Shown here: positions 63,901 through 64,000 of the stretch, one piece after another
Layout: each line of letters starts with the position of its first letter
Position numbering within the stretch: the first letter of the stretch is position 1
NCBI RefSeq assembly: GCF_000143415.4
Contig: NW_003314303.1
Location: 966,613 to 1,030,612, forward strand
Reading direction: 5' to 3'
Length of the DNA: 64,000 nt
Source: Selaginella moellendorffii
Taxonomy: Eukaryota; Plantae; Lycopodiophyta
Translations under genes and position numbers: made by a program
The notes under the pieces: model-generated
Seen by the model: only the letters and a program-made list of their open reading frames with translations
Database searches by the model: none
Told to the model about the DNA's origin: nothing

Positions 63901-64000
63901 CGCAAATTCATTGATCACTACTCTGACATTGTCCTTCCTCTCACACATCTCACTCGCAAGGATGTTCCCTTCTCTTGGTCTGCTGTTGCACAGCAGGCCT
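60921..64000 (+). mobile_element. Ty3/Gypsy element of Tf1/sushi (Tcn1-like) type; 5' LTR, gag, protease and RT, continuing beyond the window
   Basis: LTR TGTCA...TGACA at 60921-61282; gag from 61382; LLDSGA protease; RT motifs [17 protein letters not shown] and YLDDILIYS; premature TGA stops. Confidence 0.93.

Overview
Plant nuclear DNA. The dense genes, ~50-70 nt introns and many PLS-PPR relics point to the lycophyte Selaginella (inference). 1-4.4 kb is LTR-retroelement debris, including a 5S-rRNA-bearing Cassandra TRIM and a second TRIM. 4.9-38.5 kb is gene-rich: NAA35/MAK10, UPM1, a USP8-dimer-domain coiled-coil gene, an intronless SUVH, a mosaic of gene fragments, two tandem NIP aquaporins, an AIR9-Ig-like gene, a triple-WHy LEA_2 gene, a pectin methylesterase, a penta-EF-hand gene and an RLCK-VII kinase. 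40.8-64 kb is a nested transposon cluster. A complete Copia element (85-87 bp LTRs, TSD GTCTT) contains a second Cassandra and a ~12 kb Mutator-like element (9-bp TSD). Besides its transposase, that MULE carries a spliced gene fusing a ParB/Srx-like domain to a prokaryote-type beta-class N4/N6 DNA methyltransferase domain, plus two related small zinc-finger genes facing inward from its ends; this is the most novel signal. The window ends in a Ty3/Gypsy element with a Tf1-type self-priming PBS and a -1 frameshift signal. All calls are from manual reading; no database searches were run.
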